Part shown: in pieces, positions 45,485 through 55,212 of the stretch | Position numbering within the stretch: the first letter of the stretch is position 1 | Layout of the letters: each line of letters begins with the position of its first letter | Assembly: GCA_938091905.1 (NCBI GenBank) | Contig: CALKOM010000085.1 | Location: 1-55,212, forward strand | Length of the DNA: 55,212 bases | From: an uncultured Verrucomicrobiales bacterium | Lineage (GTDB): Bacteria; Verrucomicrobiota; Verrucomicrobiia; Verrucomicrobiales; DEV007 | Direction of reading: 5' to 3' | Translations under genes and position numbers: made by a program | Notes under the pieces: model-generated | Databases searched by the model: none | What the model saw: the letters and a program-made list of their open reading frames with translations, nothing else | Told to the model about the DNA's origin: nothing

Positions 45485-47302
45485 ATGCACTCGAAACGGA
45501 TTTCTTTGTGGCAGGTGGCCCTGCTGGCTCTCTCATTGGGCGAGGCTGCCCAGGCTGTGGAATGGCACCTAGATGCCATCTGGTATCAGATCTTCCCAGA
45601 GCGCTTCTCAAATGGTGATATCGCCAACGATCCTGTTCCCGCGAGTATGAAAGACACCTGGCCTTTCGTCATCCCAACGGCCTGGCAAGTAAGTCCCTGG
45701 ACTTCTGATTGGTATCAACTTCAGCCTTGGGAGCAGGATGAGCACGATTTTTATCATCACGCTCAGCTCCGGCGCTATGGCGGTGATCTTCAGGGAATTC
45801 TCGATAAACTCGACTACTTGAAGGACCTCGGGGTGAATGCGCTCTATCTGAATCCAGTGTTCGAGAGCCCCTCACTTCACAAATACGGTGCTGCATGTTA
45901 TCACCACGTCGACAAGCACTATGGACCGGATCCGACAGGGGACCTGGCTATCGTGGCCACGGAAGATCCTGCCGATCCCGCGACTTGGAAATGGACCGCT
46001 GCAGATAAGTTGTTTCTAACATTGATCGAGGAAGTGCATCGGCGTGAGATGAAGATCATCATTGATGGAGTCTTCAATCACGTGGGCATTCCTTTCTGGG
46101 CTTTCCAACGCGCCAAGCGGGAGGGGCCAAAGGGACGCTTTGCGAAATGGTTTCGCATCGATAGCTGGGACGATCCGGCGACGCCTGAAGATGAATTTGT
46201 CTACCACGGATGGGCGAATGTGAAGGGCCTGCCAGAGTTGCGAAAAGATCAGAACGGACCTTGCACCGATGCGAAGGAGCACATGCATCACGTGGTGAGG
46301 CGCTGGATGGACCCCAATGGCGATGGCGATCCTTCAGATGGCATTGATGGATGGCGCCTAGACGTCGCTGCGGAGGTGCCAATTGGATTCTGGAAAGAAT
46401 TCCGCGGCTGGGTGAAGATGATCAACCCTGACGCTTACCTTGCGGGCGAAATTTGGTGGGAAGACTATCAGAACCATGAGTTGGCCAATGCGGCGCCATG
46501 GCTGGGTGTGGCCTTTGATGGTGTGATGAACTATCGCTTTGCCGACGCCGCCTTTGCCTTCTTTCATGAGCCTGGGACTCATGGCGATGGTGCGCTGTTT
46601 GCAAAGTCGCTATCGAAGATTCATACAGACTATGGGTATGATCGATCCATGGTGCTTCAGAATCTCCTTGATAGCCACGATGTTGCCCGGGTTGCTTCGG
46701 TAGTGATGAACCCCGCAGCACGTCTAGACCATTCTGCTAGCGTGAAGCACCAGCCAGACTATCACATCAGCTCGCCGGATGCGGCTGGGTGGCGCCGCCT
46801 AAAACAGTTGGCAGCGTTTCAGTTTGTCTTGCCTGGCGCACCCTTCGTTTACTATGGAACCGAGGCTGGAATGTGGGGTGCAGACGATCCGGATTGCCGA
46901 AAACCCATGGTTTGGCCGGACCTCACCTATGATTCGGAAACGGCTCATCCGGGCGGGCGTGAGGTTGAAACGAGTGAGGTGAAATTTGATCTCGAGCTGC
47001 ATGCATTCTACCGGAAGCTTACACAGCTGAGGCAGAAGAATCCGATCTGGCGTCGTGGCTCATTCAAGATCGTCGGGAAAGGGGAGGGTTGGATTGCGTT
47101 TGAGCGAGGCTACGATGGCAAGCGAGCGGTGGTCGTGGCAAATGCGACAGACGCTGTGTTAGAAATCTCACGAGAGATGATTGGATTTGGAAATGGCGGA
47201 TGGGAGCGGCACGCGTTAGTCGGTGGAACGACGTCAATTCGCGACCTGAATACAACGACGTTTGAGGTTGGCGTTCGTGAGGTCGAGATTCTCTCTCCAT
47301 AG
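45485..47302 (+). CDS. GH13 alpha-amylase / neopullulanase-like glycosidase with signal peptide
   Basis: YQIFPERF.NGD, GGDLQG, LYLNP, DGVFNH, GWRLDVA, GEIW, DSHD, DPDCRKPM. Confidence 0.93.
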   Translation: MHSKRISLWQVALLALSLGEAAQAVEWHLDAIWYQIFPERFSNGDIANDPVPASMKDTWPFVIPTAWQVSPWTSDWYQLQPWEQDEHDFYHHAQLRRYGGDLQGILDKLDYLKDLGVNALYLNPVFESPSLHKYGAACYHHVDKHYGPDPTGDLAIVATEDPADPATWKWTAADKLFLTLIEEVHRREMKIIIDGVFNHVGIPFWAFQRAKREGPKGRFAKWFRIDSWDDPATPEDEFVYHGWANVKGLPELRKDQNGPCTDAKEHMHHVVRRWMDPNGDGDPSDGIDGWRLDVAAEVPIGFWKEFRGWVKMINPDAYLAGEIWWEDYQNHELANAAPWLGVAFDGVMNYRFADAAFAFFHEPGTHGDGALFAKSLSKIHTDYGYDRSMVLQNLLDSHDVARVASVVMNPAARLDHSASVKHQPDYHISSPDAAGWRRLKQLAAFQFVLPGAPFVYYGTEAGMWGADDPDCRKPMVWPDLTYDSETAHPGGREVETSEVKFDLELHAFYRKLTQLRQKNPIWRRGSFKIVGKGEGWIAFERGYDGKRAVVVANATDAVLEISREMIGFGNGGWERHALVGGTTSIRDLNTTTFEVGVREVEILSP

Positions 47303-47305
47303 AAT

Positions 47306-47344
47306 GAAACAAGGGCAGCGCCTTGTCGGCACTACCCTTGTTTC
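47306..47344. terminator. Bidirectional terminator hairpin between the GH13 gene and sod
   Basis: GAAACAAGGGCAGCGCC-TTGTC-GGCACTACCCTTGTTTC inverted repeat between convergent genes. Confidence 0.75.
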
Positions 47345-47364
47345 TTAGAGTGATAATTGTTCTG

Positions 47365-47967
47365 TTAGCTAGCGAGACGCTCGGCAACGGCGTCCCAATT
47401 CACGACGTTCCAGAATGCGTTGATGTAGTCGGGACGGCGGTTCTGGTAGTTGAGATAGTAGGCGTGCTCCCAGACATCGATCCCGAGGAGTGGTGTGGCA
47501 CCTTCCATTAGTGGGCTGTCTTGGTTGGCCGTGGAGCTGACGGTGAGCGCGCCATCTTTTACACTGAGCCATGCCCAACCACTTCCAAATCGAGTGGCGG
47601 CAGCTGCAGCAAACTTCTCTTTGAACGCATCGAAAGAGCCGAAGGCAGAATCAATGGCAGCGGCGAGGTCGCCGCTTGGAGCGCCACCTTTTCCTGGGCC
47701 AATTGTTGTCCAGAAGATGGAGTGGTTGGAGTGGCCGCCGCCATGATTGCGGACGGCCCCACGAATGCCTTCGGGGATCGCATCGAGGTTACTGATCAGT
47801 TCTTCAGCAGTTTTGTCGGCAAGATCGTCGTGACCTGCGAGGGCTTCATTTAGCTTCACCACATAAGTGTTATGATGCTTGCTGTGATGGATCTCCATCG
47901 TCTTCGCGTCGATGTGTGGCTCGAGCGAGTCGTGGGCATAGGGGAGGTCTGGTAAGGTGTGTGCCAT
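47365..47967 (-). CDS. sodA: Superoxide dismutase, Mn-type signature
   Basis: [49 protein letters not shown]. Confidence 0.93.
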   Translation of the reverse strand: MAHTLPDLPYAHDSLEPHIDAKTMEIHHSKHHNTYVVKLNEALAGHDDLADKTAEELISNLDAIPEGIRGAVRNHGGGHSNHSIFWTTIGPGKGGAPSGDLAAAIDSAFGSFDAFKEKFAAAAATRFGSGWAWLSVKDGALTVSSTANQDSPLMEGATPLLGIDVWEHAYYLNYQNRRPDYINAFWNVVNWDAVAERLAS

Positions 47968-48116
47968 GATGTGTTGAGAGTAACAGTGAATTTCTTGTGA
48001 TGACAGCCCTGAGCCGCCAGTTTCCGGAGCTTAGCGTTGGCCTGGAGGGGATCAAACAAAGAATCAGGGCGTTCGGAAAGCTCGTGTCCGTTGCTCTGTC
48101 GCCATACAGTTTGGTC

Positions 48117-48521
48117 ATGCGATTTCTCAAGGGACTTCCAAAGCCAGTTTGCGTGGTGCTAATGCTCTTCGGTGTTTTGGTGATCACCGGGACTTGGATC
48201 TTACTGCGCAATCAACGGGAAGCCCAATCGATTAGGCAACGATACGAGGTGTTCTGGAAGGCACTGAATGATGAAGACGAAGCGGTGACTGAGGCACTAA
48301 TGGCTCGTGTGGCCGACGGTTCCGGATTCGTGAATCTTGAGTGGATCAGGAATTATGGAGGGCCCCTTGACGAGAAGTCTCGCGTGCAGGTGTCAGGATC
48401 GACCGCCTGGGTTGTGCCTTATCCAATCTACCACTTCGGCGTGCTCCCTGGAGGCGATTGCATCGCAGCGATCAAGGTGGATGGGGAATGGTTTTTCACT
48501 GGAAGAATCACCATCGATTGA
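48117..48521 (+). CDS. Hypothetical membrane-anchored protein
   Basis: Start re-set to MRFLKG; one N-terminal TM; ends KVDGEWFF. Confidence 0.6.
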   Translation: MRFLKGLPKPVCVVLMLFGVLVITGTWILLRNQREAQSIRQRYEVFWKALNDEDEAVTEALMARVADGSGFVNLEWIRNYGGPLDEKSRVQVSGSTAWVVPYPIYHFGVLPGGDCIAAIKVDGEWFFTGRITID

Positions 48522-48530
48522 TTCGCTTTG

Positions 48531-51479
48531 TTAGTCCCGTGAACTTGGGATGATCTTGAAAGTCTTGTCTTCGCCCTTTCGCTTCACGACGATCTCGGTC
48601 TCCTCGCCGATACTAAGGGCACCGAGAGTATAGGTGTAGTCGTAGATGTTTTTGATGGCCTTGCCGCCGAGCTTGATGATGATGTCGCCGGACTCGATGC
48701 CAGCTTCAGCGGCCGGAGCGCCTTTCCGGACTCCTGACAGTTTTACACCTTCAATATCGCCTTGGGCGTAGTCAGGAATGGTTCCGAGATACACGCGGAG
48801 TCCGCCGCGGTTCTCTTGGTTCTCCGGCCGGGCAACTTCGTTGTATGCGGGAGCATCTTCGCTTGTAGCGAGTGAGCGGAGGACAAGGCCCATAAACTTC
48901 GAGATCTTCTGCGCGCCCTCGTAGTTGATGAGGTCAGGAGTATCGCGCGGTGTGTGATACTCATCGTGGGCTCCGGTGAAGGCGCTGAGGATGGGCACTT
49001 CGCGAAGGTAGAAGGAGGTGGCATCAGTGGGAATGTAGGTGTCATTCTGTGTCACGATGGGCAGGCCGACGGGAATGTTCCGTTTCTCGATCTCGATCGG
49101 CCAGCGGTCGCTGGAGGCCACGCCTTGGAGGATGAGTGACTTCCGAAGACGACCGATCATGTCCATGTTTAGACAGGCGGCAAAGAGGCCACCGAGCTTG
49201 GCGTCTTCATCTCCAAACATCTTGGCCCAAGTCTTGGTGAAATGCGCGGAGCCTAGCAAGCCGAGTTCTTCGCCGGACCATGCGGCGAAGATGATGGAGC
49301 GTTTCTGCTTGAGCTTGCCTTTAGCTTTCATGTCAGTGATCCACTGCGCGATCTCTAACATGCCGGCTATTCCAGAAGCGTTGTCATCAGCACCGTAGTG
49401 GATGGCGTTCTCTTCGCCTTCCTTGGCACGTGAGCTGGAGTTGGCCTTGCGGCCTAGGTGATCAACATGAGCGCCGATGATAATCATTGGCTCGTGTGGG
49501 TTGGGGGAGTCGCCAGGCAGCATGGCGATCACATTCCGTCCAGTGCGTTTCTCTTCATCGATATCGATTGCGGCACCCAACGTGATTCCGTCCAAAGGAA
49601 TGCCTTCGCTCATCTCGCCTGTGTCTAACAAATCTTGCAATGCTTGCATGTCCTTACCCGCTGCGTCGAGGAGCTTCTGACCAAGGGCATCACTTATGGA
49701 GATGGCCGCGACACCGGAACCAGAAAGAGAAGCGTCGAAGGAGAGGGGGACAAGCTGGTTCTTGACCTTCGAGTTGGGCCCGCTGACGACCAACAAACCG
49801 CGAGCACCTTTCTGTCGCGCGAGCATGGCTTTGAAACGTAAGCTGCTATAGCGAGTCAAGCGCTGTCTTTGTGAATCGGAGACTTTGTGGGGACTATAGC
49901 GGAAGGCTAGGACCCACTTGTCTTTCACGTCGAGGTGGAAATAGGAGCTGTATTCGTGGAATTTCTCGCCGTTCTCACTTGTTTCCTGAGGCGCTTCGAT
50001 GCCGTAGCCAGCGAAGACAATTTCGGTAGGATCTATCTCGCCATTCTGTGAGAAGGAGAGGGGAAGCCAGTCTTTGGAAGCTACGAATTCGGTTGGTGTA
50101 TCGCCCTGTTTGAGCGTGAGCTTGTTCTCTGTGCCCAGATCGACGCCCGCTGTGAAGTCGAATTCCTGGAAGTAGCTTCCTTGCTTGCCGGACGGCTCTA
50201 GGCCGAGATGCTGAAAGGCTTCAGCAACATAGTTTGTGGCGAGTTTCGCGCCTTCGGTGCCGGTGAGTCGGCCTTCGAGCTCTTCAGAGGCTAGGTAGGT
50301 GAGGTGCTGCTCCAGATCAGCCACAGTGATCGGAGCCGTTGTGTCAGAGAAATCGTGCGTGGTGTCGCTGTTCAGCAGCTCGAGCGCGGATTCGTGATTC
50401 CATTCTGCAAAGAATAACTGCGAGGTTTTGTTAGGAGTACGGTTACTTGTCCAGCTGAGTTGTTTTCCGTCAGGCGAGAAGGCGGGGAGGCCATCAAATC
50501 CATCTGTGTGTGTCACGCGGACGGGCTTCTTTGCGCCTGCGGCATCTACGAGGTAGAGTTCGAAGTTTCCAAAGCCATGGAGATTGGTGGCGAAGATCAA
50601 GTAATCTCCTGAGGGATGGAAGAAGGGTGCCCACGACATGGCACCTAGTTTCGTGATCTGTTTCTGATTGGAGCCGTCTGCATTCATGGTCCAGATTTCG
50701 GCTTGGTCGCCGCCTGCATTGAACCGGCGCCAGCAAATCTTTGAGCCGTCTGAATTAAAGAACGGGCCGCCGTCGTAGCCACCCACGCTTGTTAGCCTCT
50801 GGACCTCGCTGCCGTCCGCGCGCATTCGATAGATTTCCATGAGGAATGATTTATCGATGTCGAACCGCGCTTTCTCTTTCTTGGAGAGCTCCGCGGTGTA
50901 GGCGTGTCTGTTCGAGGCAAAGGCGATCCATTCGCCATCGGGGGAGTAACTGCCTTCGGCATCATACCCTATCGTCCTTGTTAGGTTCGTGATTGTCTTG
51001 CCATCTAGCGAAGAGGCGAAAATGTCGTAGGTTTGGTCGTAGTCCCAGGAGTAACGTCGCTCCTTGCCAGACTCTCGAAACTTGAGTTCTTCCTTCTGCT
51101 TCTCGCGTGCTTTAGGATCTTCGTGAGTCGAGGCATAAAGCACTTTCTCTCCCTTAGGATGCATCCAGGCACACGTGGTCTTGCCATGGCCTTGCGAGAC
51201 CTTCTCAACATCGCCTGTTTCCAAATCCATGACAAAGATTTGAAAGAAAGGGTTCTCGGCGTCCCGCTCACTCTGGAAGACCAACTTGGATCCATCGGCA
51301 CTATAGTAACCTTCTCCCGCCCGTTTGCCCGCAAACGTGACCTGGCGGACATTGTCTAGGAGCGTACCTTCTGCTTCCTCGGGAGATTGGGACCAGGATG
51401 TAGGGATGAGGCAGGTGATGGTGATGCCGGTGATGCCGGTGATGCCGGTGATGCCGAAGAGGGTGAGACCGTATTTCAT
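48531..51479 (-). CDS. Secreted TolB/PD40 propeller + PA + M28 peptidase + PDZ protein
   Basis: GEGYYSADG, YDAEGSYSPDG, FSPDG; IGAHVDH, GADDNASG, SGEELGLLGS, NMDMIGR, YHTP.D; YLGTIPDY, PAAEAG..GDII. Confidence 0.92.
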   Translation of the reverse strand: MKYGLTLFGITGITGITGITITCLIPTSWSQSPEEAEGTLLDNVRQVTFAGKRAGEGYYSADGSKLVFQSERDAENPFFQIFVMDLETGDVEKVSQGHGKTTCAWMHPKGEKVLYASTHEDPKAREKQKEELKFRESGKERRYSWDYDQTYDIFASSLDGKTITNLTRTIGYDAEGSYSPDGEWIAFASNRHAYTAELSKKEKARFDIDKSFLMEIYRMRADGSEVQRLTSVGGYDGGPFFNSDGSKICWRRFNAGGDQAEIWTMNADGSNQKQITKLGAMSWAPFFHPSGDYLIFATNLHGFGNFELYLVDAAGAKKPVRVTHTDGFDGLPAFSPDGKQLSWTSNRTPNKTSQLFFAEWNHESALELLNSDTTHDFSDTTAPITVADLEQHLTYLASEELEGRLTGTEGAKLATNYVAEAFQHLGLEPSGKQGSYFQEFDFTAGVDLGTENKLTLKQGDTPTEFVASKDWLPLSFSQNGEIDPTEIVFAGYGIEAPQETSENGEKFHEYSSYFHLDVKDKWVLAFRYSPHKVSDSQRQRLTRYSSLRFKAMLARQKGARGLLVVSGPNSKVKNQLVPLSFDASLSGSGVAAISISDALGQKLLDAAGKDMQALQDLLDTGEMSEGIPLDGITLGAAIDIDEEKRTGRNVIAMLPGDSPNPHEPMIIIGAHVDHLGRKANSSSRAKEGEENAIHYGADDNASGIAGMLEIAQWITDMKAKGKLKQKRSIIFAAWSGEELGLLGSAHFTKTWAKMFGDEDAKLGGLFAACLNMDMIGRLRKSLILQGVASSDRWPIEIEKRNIPVGLPIVTQNDTYIPTDATSFYLREVPILSAFTGAHDEYHTPRDTPDLINYEGAQKISKFMGLVLRSLATSEDAPAYNEVARPENQENRGGLRVYLGTIPDYAQGDIEGVKLSGVRKGAPAAEAGIESGDIIIKLGGKAIKNIYDYTYTLGALSIGEETEIVVKRKGEDKTFKIIPSSRD
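51421..51456. repeat. 9-bp tandem repeat (GTGATGCCG)x4 in the signal-peptide coding region
   Basis: Four perfect units encode (Gly-Ile-Thr)x4 on the minus strand; a partial unit GGTGATG precedes them. Confidence 0.9.
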
Positions 51480-51508
51480 GAAGACGAGTTTATGGGGAAT
51501 CTCTAACC

Positions 51509-51656
51509 TGGCAATGCGGATCGGTCCGTCTGCTGAACAAGAATGTGCCCTGAGAGCGGTGATCTCCCTAACGCTGGCGTTGTCAGCCAGTGATCAGGAG
51601 TGTACCCGCCACACAGGGCACGGTCTTTGCTCAACAAAAAGCGGTAAGCCTTGCTA
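51509..51656. ncRNA. Candidate rod-shaped structured RNA (6S-like?)
   Basis: Nested inverted repeats TGGCAATGC/GCCTTGCTA, TGAACAAGA/TCTTTGCTCA, GTGCCCTG/CAGGGCAC, GCGG/CCGC, CTCC/GGAG, GCTGGC/GCCAGT. Confidence 0.4.
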
Positions 51657-53132
51657 ACTCGCCTTGATCGCGACGAATCGGCCCACTCCCTCCCTCCACA
51701 CACGAAGAAGCAGGAGGTCTCCATCGACGGCAGCGTAGGCTTCCTTGGCTTCCTCGACACTGGCCACACGTTGACGACCGATTTCGGTGATGAGATCCCC
51801 TGATTGGAGGCCTTTCTCAGCAGCGGGCGTGTTGGGAGTGACTTCGGTGACGACGATGCCCGTGACTTCAGAATCGAGCTTCAGCGATGCTCGGTAGCCG
51901 TCATTGAGGTCTTCCACGATGACGCCTTCAAGGAGTTCTGCCGGACGCGGAGCCAGGTTGTTGGACCTGGGACGCGACGTGCTGCCATTTGAGGCTAAGT
52001 CTTTGCCTGGCAATTCGCCAATAGTAACATCGAGCTCCATGGTGTCTTCTCCGCGTTGTAATTTGATAGCCAACTTGCTTCCAGGACGTCGATTGCTGAC
52101 AAACAGCCGAGTAGCACGCACGTCGTTGGTTGCCGTTCCATCAACATGAAGCAGGACATCACCATCGCGCAGACCAGCTTCGGCGGCCGGTGTATCTGGG
52201 TATACCTGATCGATGAGGACACCTTTGTTGGTGGGCACTTGAAAAGCTTCCGCCAAGTCGGGAGTCAGCTCGCGGAGCAACACACCGAGAAATCCACGCT
52301 TCATTTCGCCGTTCTGAATGAGCTGATCAGCCACATTCATGACCATGTTGACCGGGATGGCGAATCCGATCCCCACGTTGCCACCACTGCGGGAGAGGAT
52401 GGCCGTATTGATCCCAATTAGTCGGCCTTTGTTGTCCACAAGAGCACCTCCCGAGTTTCCGGGGTTGATCGAGGCGTCTGTTTGGATGAAGTCCTCATAG
52501 CTCGCAATGGAAACGGCATTTCGCCCTAGCGCACTCACGATTCCAGTCGTGACCGTTTCGCTCAGGCCAAATGGGCTACCCAGGGCGAGTACAGTGTCGC
52601 CTACTTTAAGAACGGAGCTGTCTGCTGCTTTGATAGTGGGAAGGCCCGTGGCCTCAATCTTGAGAACTGCGAGGTCTGAGTCTGGATCCACTCCCACGAT
52701 CTCAGCGGGGTAAGGAGTCTTGTTTCCCGACAGCGACACGAGAATTTCGTCGGCGTCAGCGATCACATGGTTGTTCGTTACAACGTAGCCGTTTTCAGTG
52801 AGAATGACACCTGACCCTGTGCCCTGCTGTTGGGGGGCTTGTGGCGGTGGCGTCGAAGGCAGACCAAAGAATCGATGGAGTCGGGGATCCATAGACGCTG
52901 CCTGGGGCATCGTCTTGGTCGCAGCGATGCTGACGACGGTTGGTGCCACCTGTTCCACAATTTTGGCGTAGCCACCGAGGGCACCTTCGCGGATTGGAGG
53001 TGTGTTGTCGACGGTCATCATTTCAGTGAGCGAGCTCTGCTGACCAATGAGCGGTTGAAGGTAAAGCGCCCCCACAGTGGCAAGTGTGGCAACGGGGGCG
53101 AAGGTTTTCACAAGTGTTATGGTTGGGTTCAT
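51654..53132 (-). CDS. degP: HtrA/DegP (Do) family serine protease with two PDZ domains
   Basis: GSGVI, TNNHV, DLAVLK, IQTDASINPGNSGG, GIGFAIP, two PDZ; start 53132 or 53171. Confidence 0.92.
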   Translation of the reverse strand: MNPTITLVKTFAPVATLATVGALYLQPLIGQQSSLTEMMTVDNTPPIREGALGGYAKIVEQVAPTVVSIAATKTMPQAASMDPRLHRFFGLPSTPPPQAPQQQGTGSGVILTENGYVVTNNHVIADADEILVSLSGNKTPYPAEIVGVDPDSDLAVLKIEATGLPTIKAADSSVLKVGDTVLALGSPFGLSETVTTGIVSALGRNAVSIASYEDFIQTDASINPGNSGGALVDNKGRLIGINTAILSRSGGNVGIGFAIPVNMVMNVADQLIQNGEMKRGFLGVLLRELTPDLAEAFQVPTNKGVLIDQVYPDTPAAEAGLRDGDVLLHVDGTATNDVRATRLFVSNRRPGSKLAIKLQRGEDTMELDVTIGELPGKDLASNGSTSRPRSNNLAPRPAELLEGVIVEDLNDGYRASLKLDSEVTGIVVTEVTPNTPAAEKGLQSGDLITEIGRQRVASVEEAKEAYAAVDGDLLLLRVWREGVGRFVAIKAS

Positions 53133-53229
53133 CGTTCGAATTCGGGTAAGTTTGTCGGTTTGATTCATCACATCGGTCAGCGCCGTCTCAGCCTGAGTTT
53201 GTCTTTAAACTGGACGCAATTACTTCTCT

Positions 53230-53256
53230 GTAATTTGGCAGTAAGCCTGGTGTAAA
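53230..53256. promoter_or_regulatory. Three GTAA direct repeats with 11-bp period (candidate OmpR/CpxR-type operator)
   Basis: GTAATTTGGCA-GTAAGCCTGGT-GTAAA at 53230, 53241 and 53252, upstream of degP. Confidence 0.4.
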
Positions 53257-53408
53257 CCTCGGCCGACCTGACCTTGGTTCATGACGAGATCGCGAAAGTT
53301 CTAGGAGGGTGAGAATCACCTACGTGACAATCAAAACCGTGGCTTTTATGTGTGGTATATATGGTAATTAAGGGTATTTAATAAATTATTTGAAGGCTTA
53401 TTACACGA

Positions 53409-55212
53409 ATGAATCAGCAACCTGAGACGATGTCGCCGGAATCCCCGCCCGCTCCCGCCGTTGACCAGACCCACCTTCAGCACCTTGACGTTCTTCTGGA
53501 AGCTTTTCGAAGGGAATCAGAGCAGGCTCTGTGGTCTTCCAATCGGCTGTCGTGACCAGCCAAGAGGGCATCCTCAAGAGGGTCATGGAGTTACGTGGCG
53601 CCTTGGTCGAGGAGCTGAAAGGCATTCAGCGAAAAGTCGAGTCAAAAGCTTCGTTGGAGGCGGATGACGTTGTGAGGCGCGCGAATGTATCGGCAGAAGA
53701 GCTGCTAGCATTGGCTTAAAGTGCAGGCCGATGAGCACACCGATAGAATTAAATCAGAAGCTCAGCAGTTTCTGACGCAAGCACACATAGAAGCTGCCGA
53801 GGTAAGTTCGCGTGCCAAGGCGGAAGCGGATGAAGTGTTTGGACGGGTGAATCGAGAGGTGTCGGAGATTCTCTCTCGAGCCAGTGCTGAGGCTGATGAC
53901 GTTGTGGTGCGTGCAAATGCGGAAGCAGATGTGATCATCGCTTGAGCCACGACCGTAGTTGCTGAGAAAACCTTGGCGCAACGTTAGTACAAGCCACTCG
54001 ATTGTGGGAAAGGGCATGACCTCCGACCGGCTGCTCAATGAGAAAGAAGGATCGGAGGCGTCATCATCTATCTTGTCACCTCGGGAAGAAACTCTTCCTT
54101 CAGAGCAACCAGCTGCGCTACCTGTAATTGATTTAGCGGCTTTAGCGAATCGACTGGCATCCACAGAGGCTTCGGCTGAACCTGGGCCTGTGGTCGATCC
54201 CGCGATCTCTCCAGGAGGAGTTTCGGGACCGGCATCAAGGCCTGAATTGCCCTCAGAGCCTCCCGCACAAGCTCAGCCTATGATCGAGGTGCCTATGGAA
54301 ACACCGGCATCTTTACCCGTGACCCCTGGAGCTGATTTCATATCGGGACCGGCACCTGTGGTGTTAGTGACGCCTCTCTCCAAAAGCCCTGAGCAGGCTT
54401 CATCTACAGTGGTGGTTAAGCAGTTGGCAGAAGCTCCGGCTCCTGTAGTGGCACAGCAACCAGTGTTGGACTCGCCTGTGGTCGTTGATGCTTCTGCGAA
54501 GGTGCTGCCTATACTCGAGACGCCGATGGTTCCTGAATCGCCAGTACCCTCTGGTGAAATACCTCCGACGCCAGTTACTGAACCCTCTGCTCCGTTCGTC
54601 TTGCCGCCCCTTCCTGGGGAGACCGTTAAGCTACAGGCGTTAGTGGGAGATAAAAACTCTGAAGAGGCGAGTGCCGAGCCCATACTCGCAACCGCTTCCA
54701 TGGCTCCAGCCGCGGGTCCGGTAGCCTCGCCGTTCGCTGAGAGCGCCACCGATGTAGCTGTGGTTGGAAAACTTTCTGTGGTTGAGGAAGTTTTTGAGGC
54801 TGCGCCTACAGAGAGGTCGAGCACGGAGATTCCTCCGATGGCAGCTGAATTGAGTATGGCTCCTGTCTCGTCCGAATCCGGTGCTGCTCCTGTTGCGAAT
54901 GGTGGGCCTTTCTCGGCCGTCGTTGTTGAAGCCAAACCCGTGCCAGTGGGTGCAACGCCTGCTGCCGAGGCCGTATCATCGACGTCAGCTTTACAAAGAA
55001 GTGACTTGTTAGGAATTGTCTCTGCAAAAACGGGCTTTCCCATTGAGATGTTGGTAGAGTATCTAAGTTATGGAACGAAGTTAGACCTGACGCCTCAAAA
55101 AGTTGTTGAGATCATCGGTGCCGTTCAGAATGCCTTCCCTGGTGCACCAGAGGTATCGCTTACGAGAATTCCTGAGTTCCTCGATCTCGGTCGTCTGGTT
55201 GGATTCCTCGTC
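53409..55212 (+). pseudogene. Broken gene: coiled-coil Ala/Glu repeats + Pro/Ala-rich linker + acyl-carrier-protein-like domain (runs off the window)
   Basis: ATG 53409; frameshifts near 53530, 53717 and ~53970; in-frame TGA 53943; frame 1 open 53959 to end, ending LLGIVSAKTGFPIEML...LDLTPQKVVEIIGAVQNAFP. Confidence 0.6.

Noticed and set aside
51509..51656. SRP (4.5S) RNA or tRNA identity for the structured spacer
   Set aside because: No SRP helix-8 GNRA/GGAA-loop motif with flanking CAGG/AGCAG, and no cloverleaf or T-loop
54273..55043. 256-aa minus-strand Ala/Gly/Ser/Thr-rich ORF
   Set aside because: Mirror of the plus-strand Pro/Ala-rich frame, which continues into a recognisable ACP-like domain

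Overview
Bacterial chromosomal segment, most likely Verrucomicrobiota (inferred from the ribH-nusB-ftsY order, a planctomycete-type cytochrome c domain, an LTD/CotH giant protein and PVC-type secreted proteins). Left to right: the 3' end of a secreted protein; a 2-kb zone of gene remnants (HNH, CAP, FG-GAP); glnB; a cytochrome c-LRR-LamG protein; a D-Ala-D-Ala carboxypeptidase; and an RfaE/HldE adenylyltransferase-PurN fusion. Next is a ~14-kb divergent Wzy-type exopolysaccharide locus with an embedded partner-switching module (STAS protein, RsbW-GAF-PP2C bifunctional enzyme, WecB glycosyltransferase fused to STAS-like domains) and a Wzc-like co-polymerase that has lost its kinase motifs. Then come a GT2/nucleotidyltransferase pair, an anti-sigma-like gene / 2259-aa CotH protein / PrsW cluster, hydrolases and a DASS transporter, an eroded PA14-like-repeat/LamG gene, solA, ftsY-nusB-ribH, a GH13, sodA, an M28 peptidase and degP. 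A rod-shaped candidate ncRNA lies between the last two, and a broken coiled-coil/Pro-rich/ACP-like gene runs off the right edge. I saw no rRNA, tRNA, CRISPR array or intact mobile element. All family calls come from motif recognition by eye; no searches were run.
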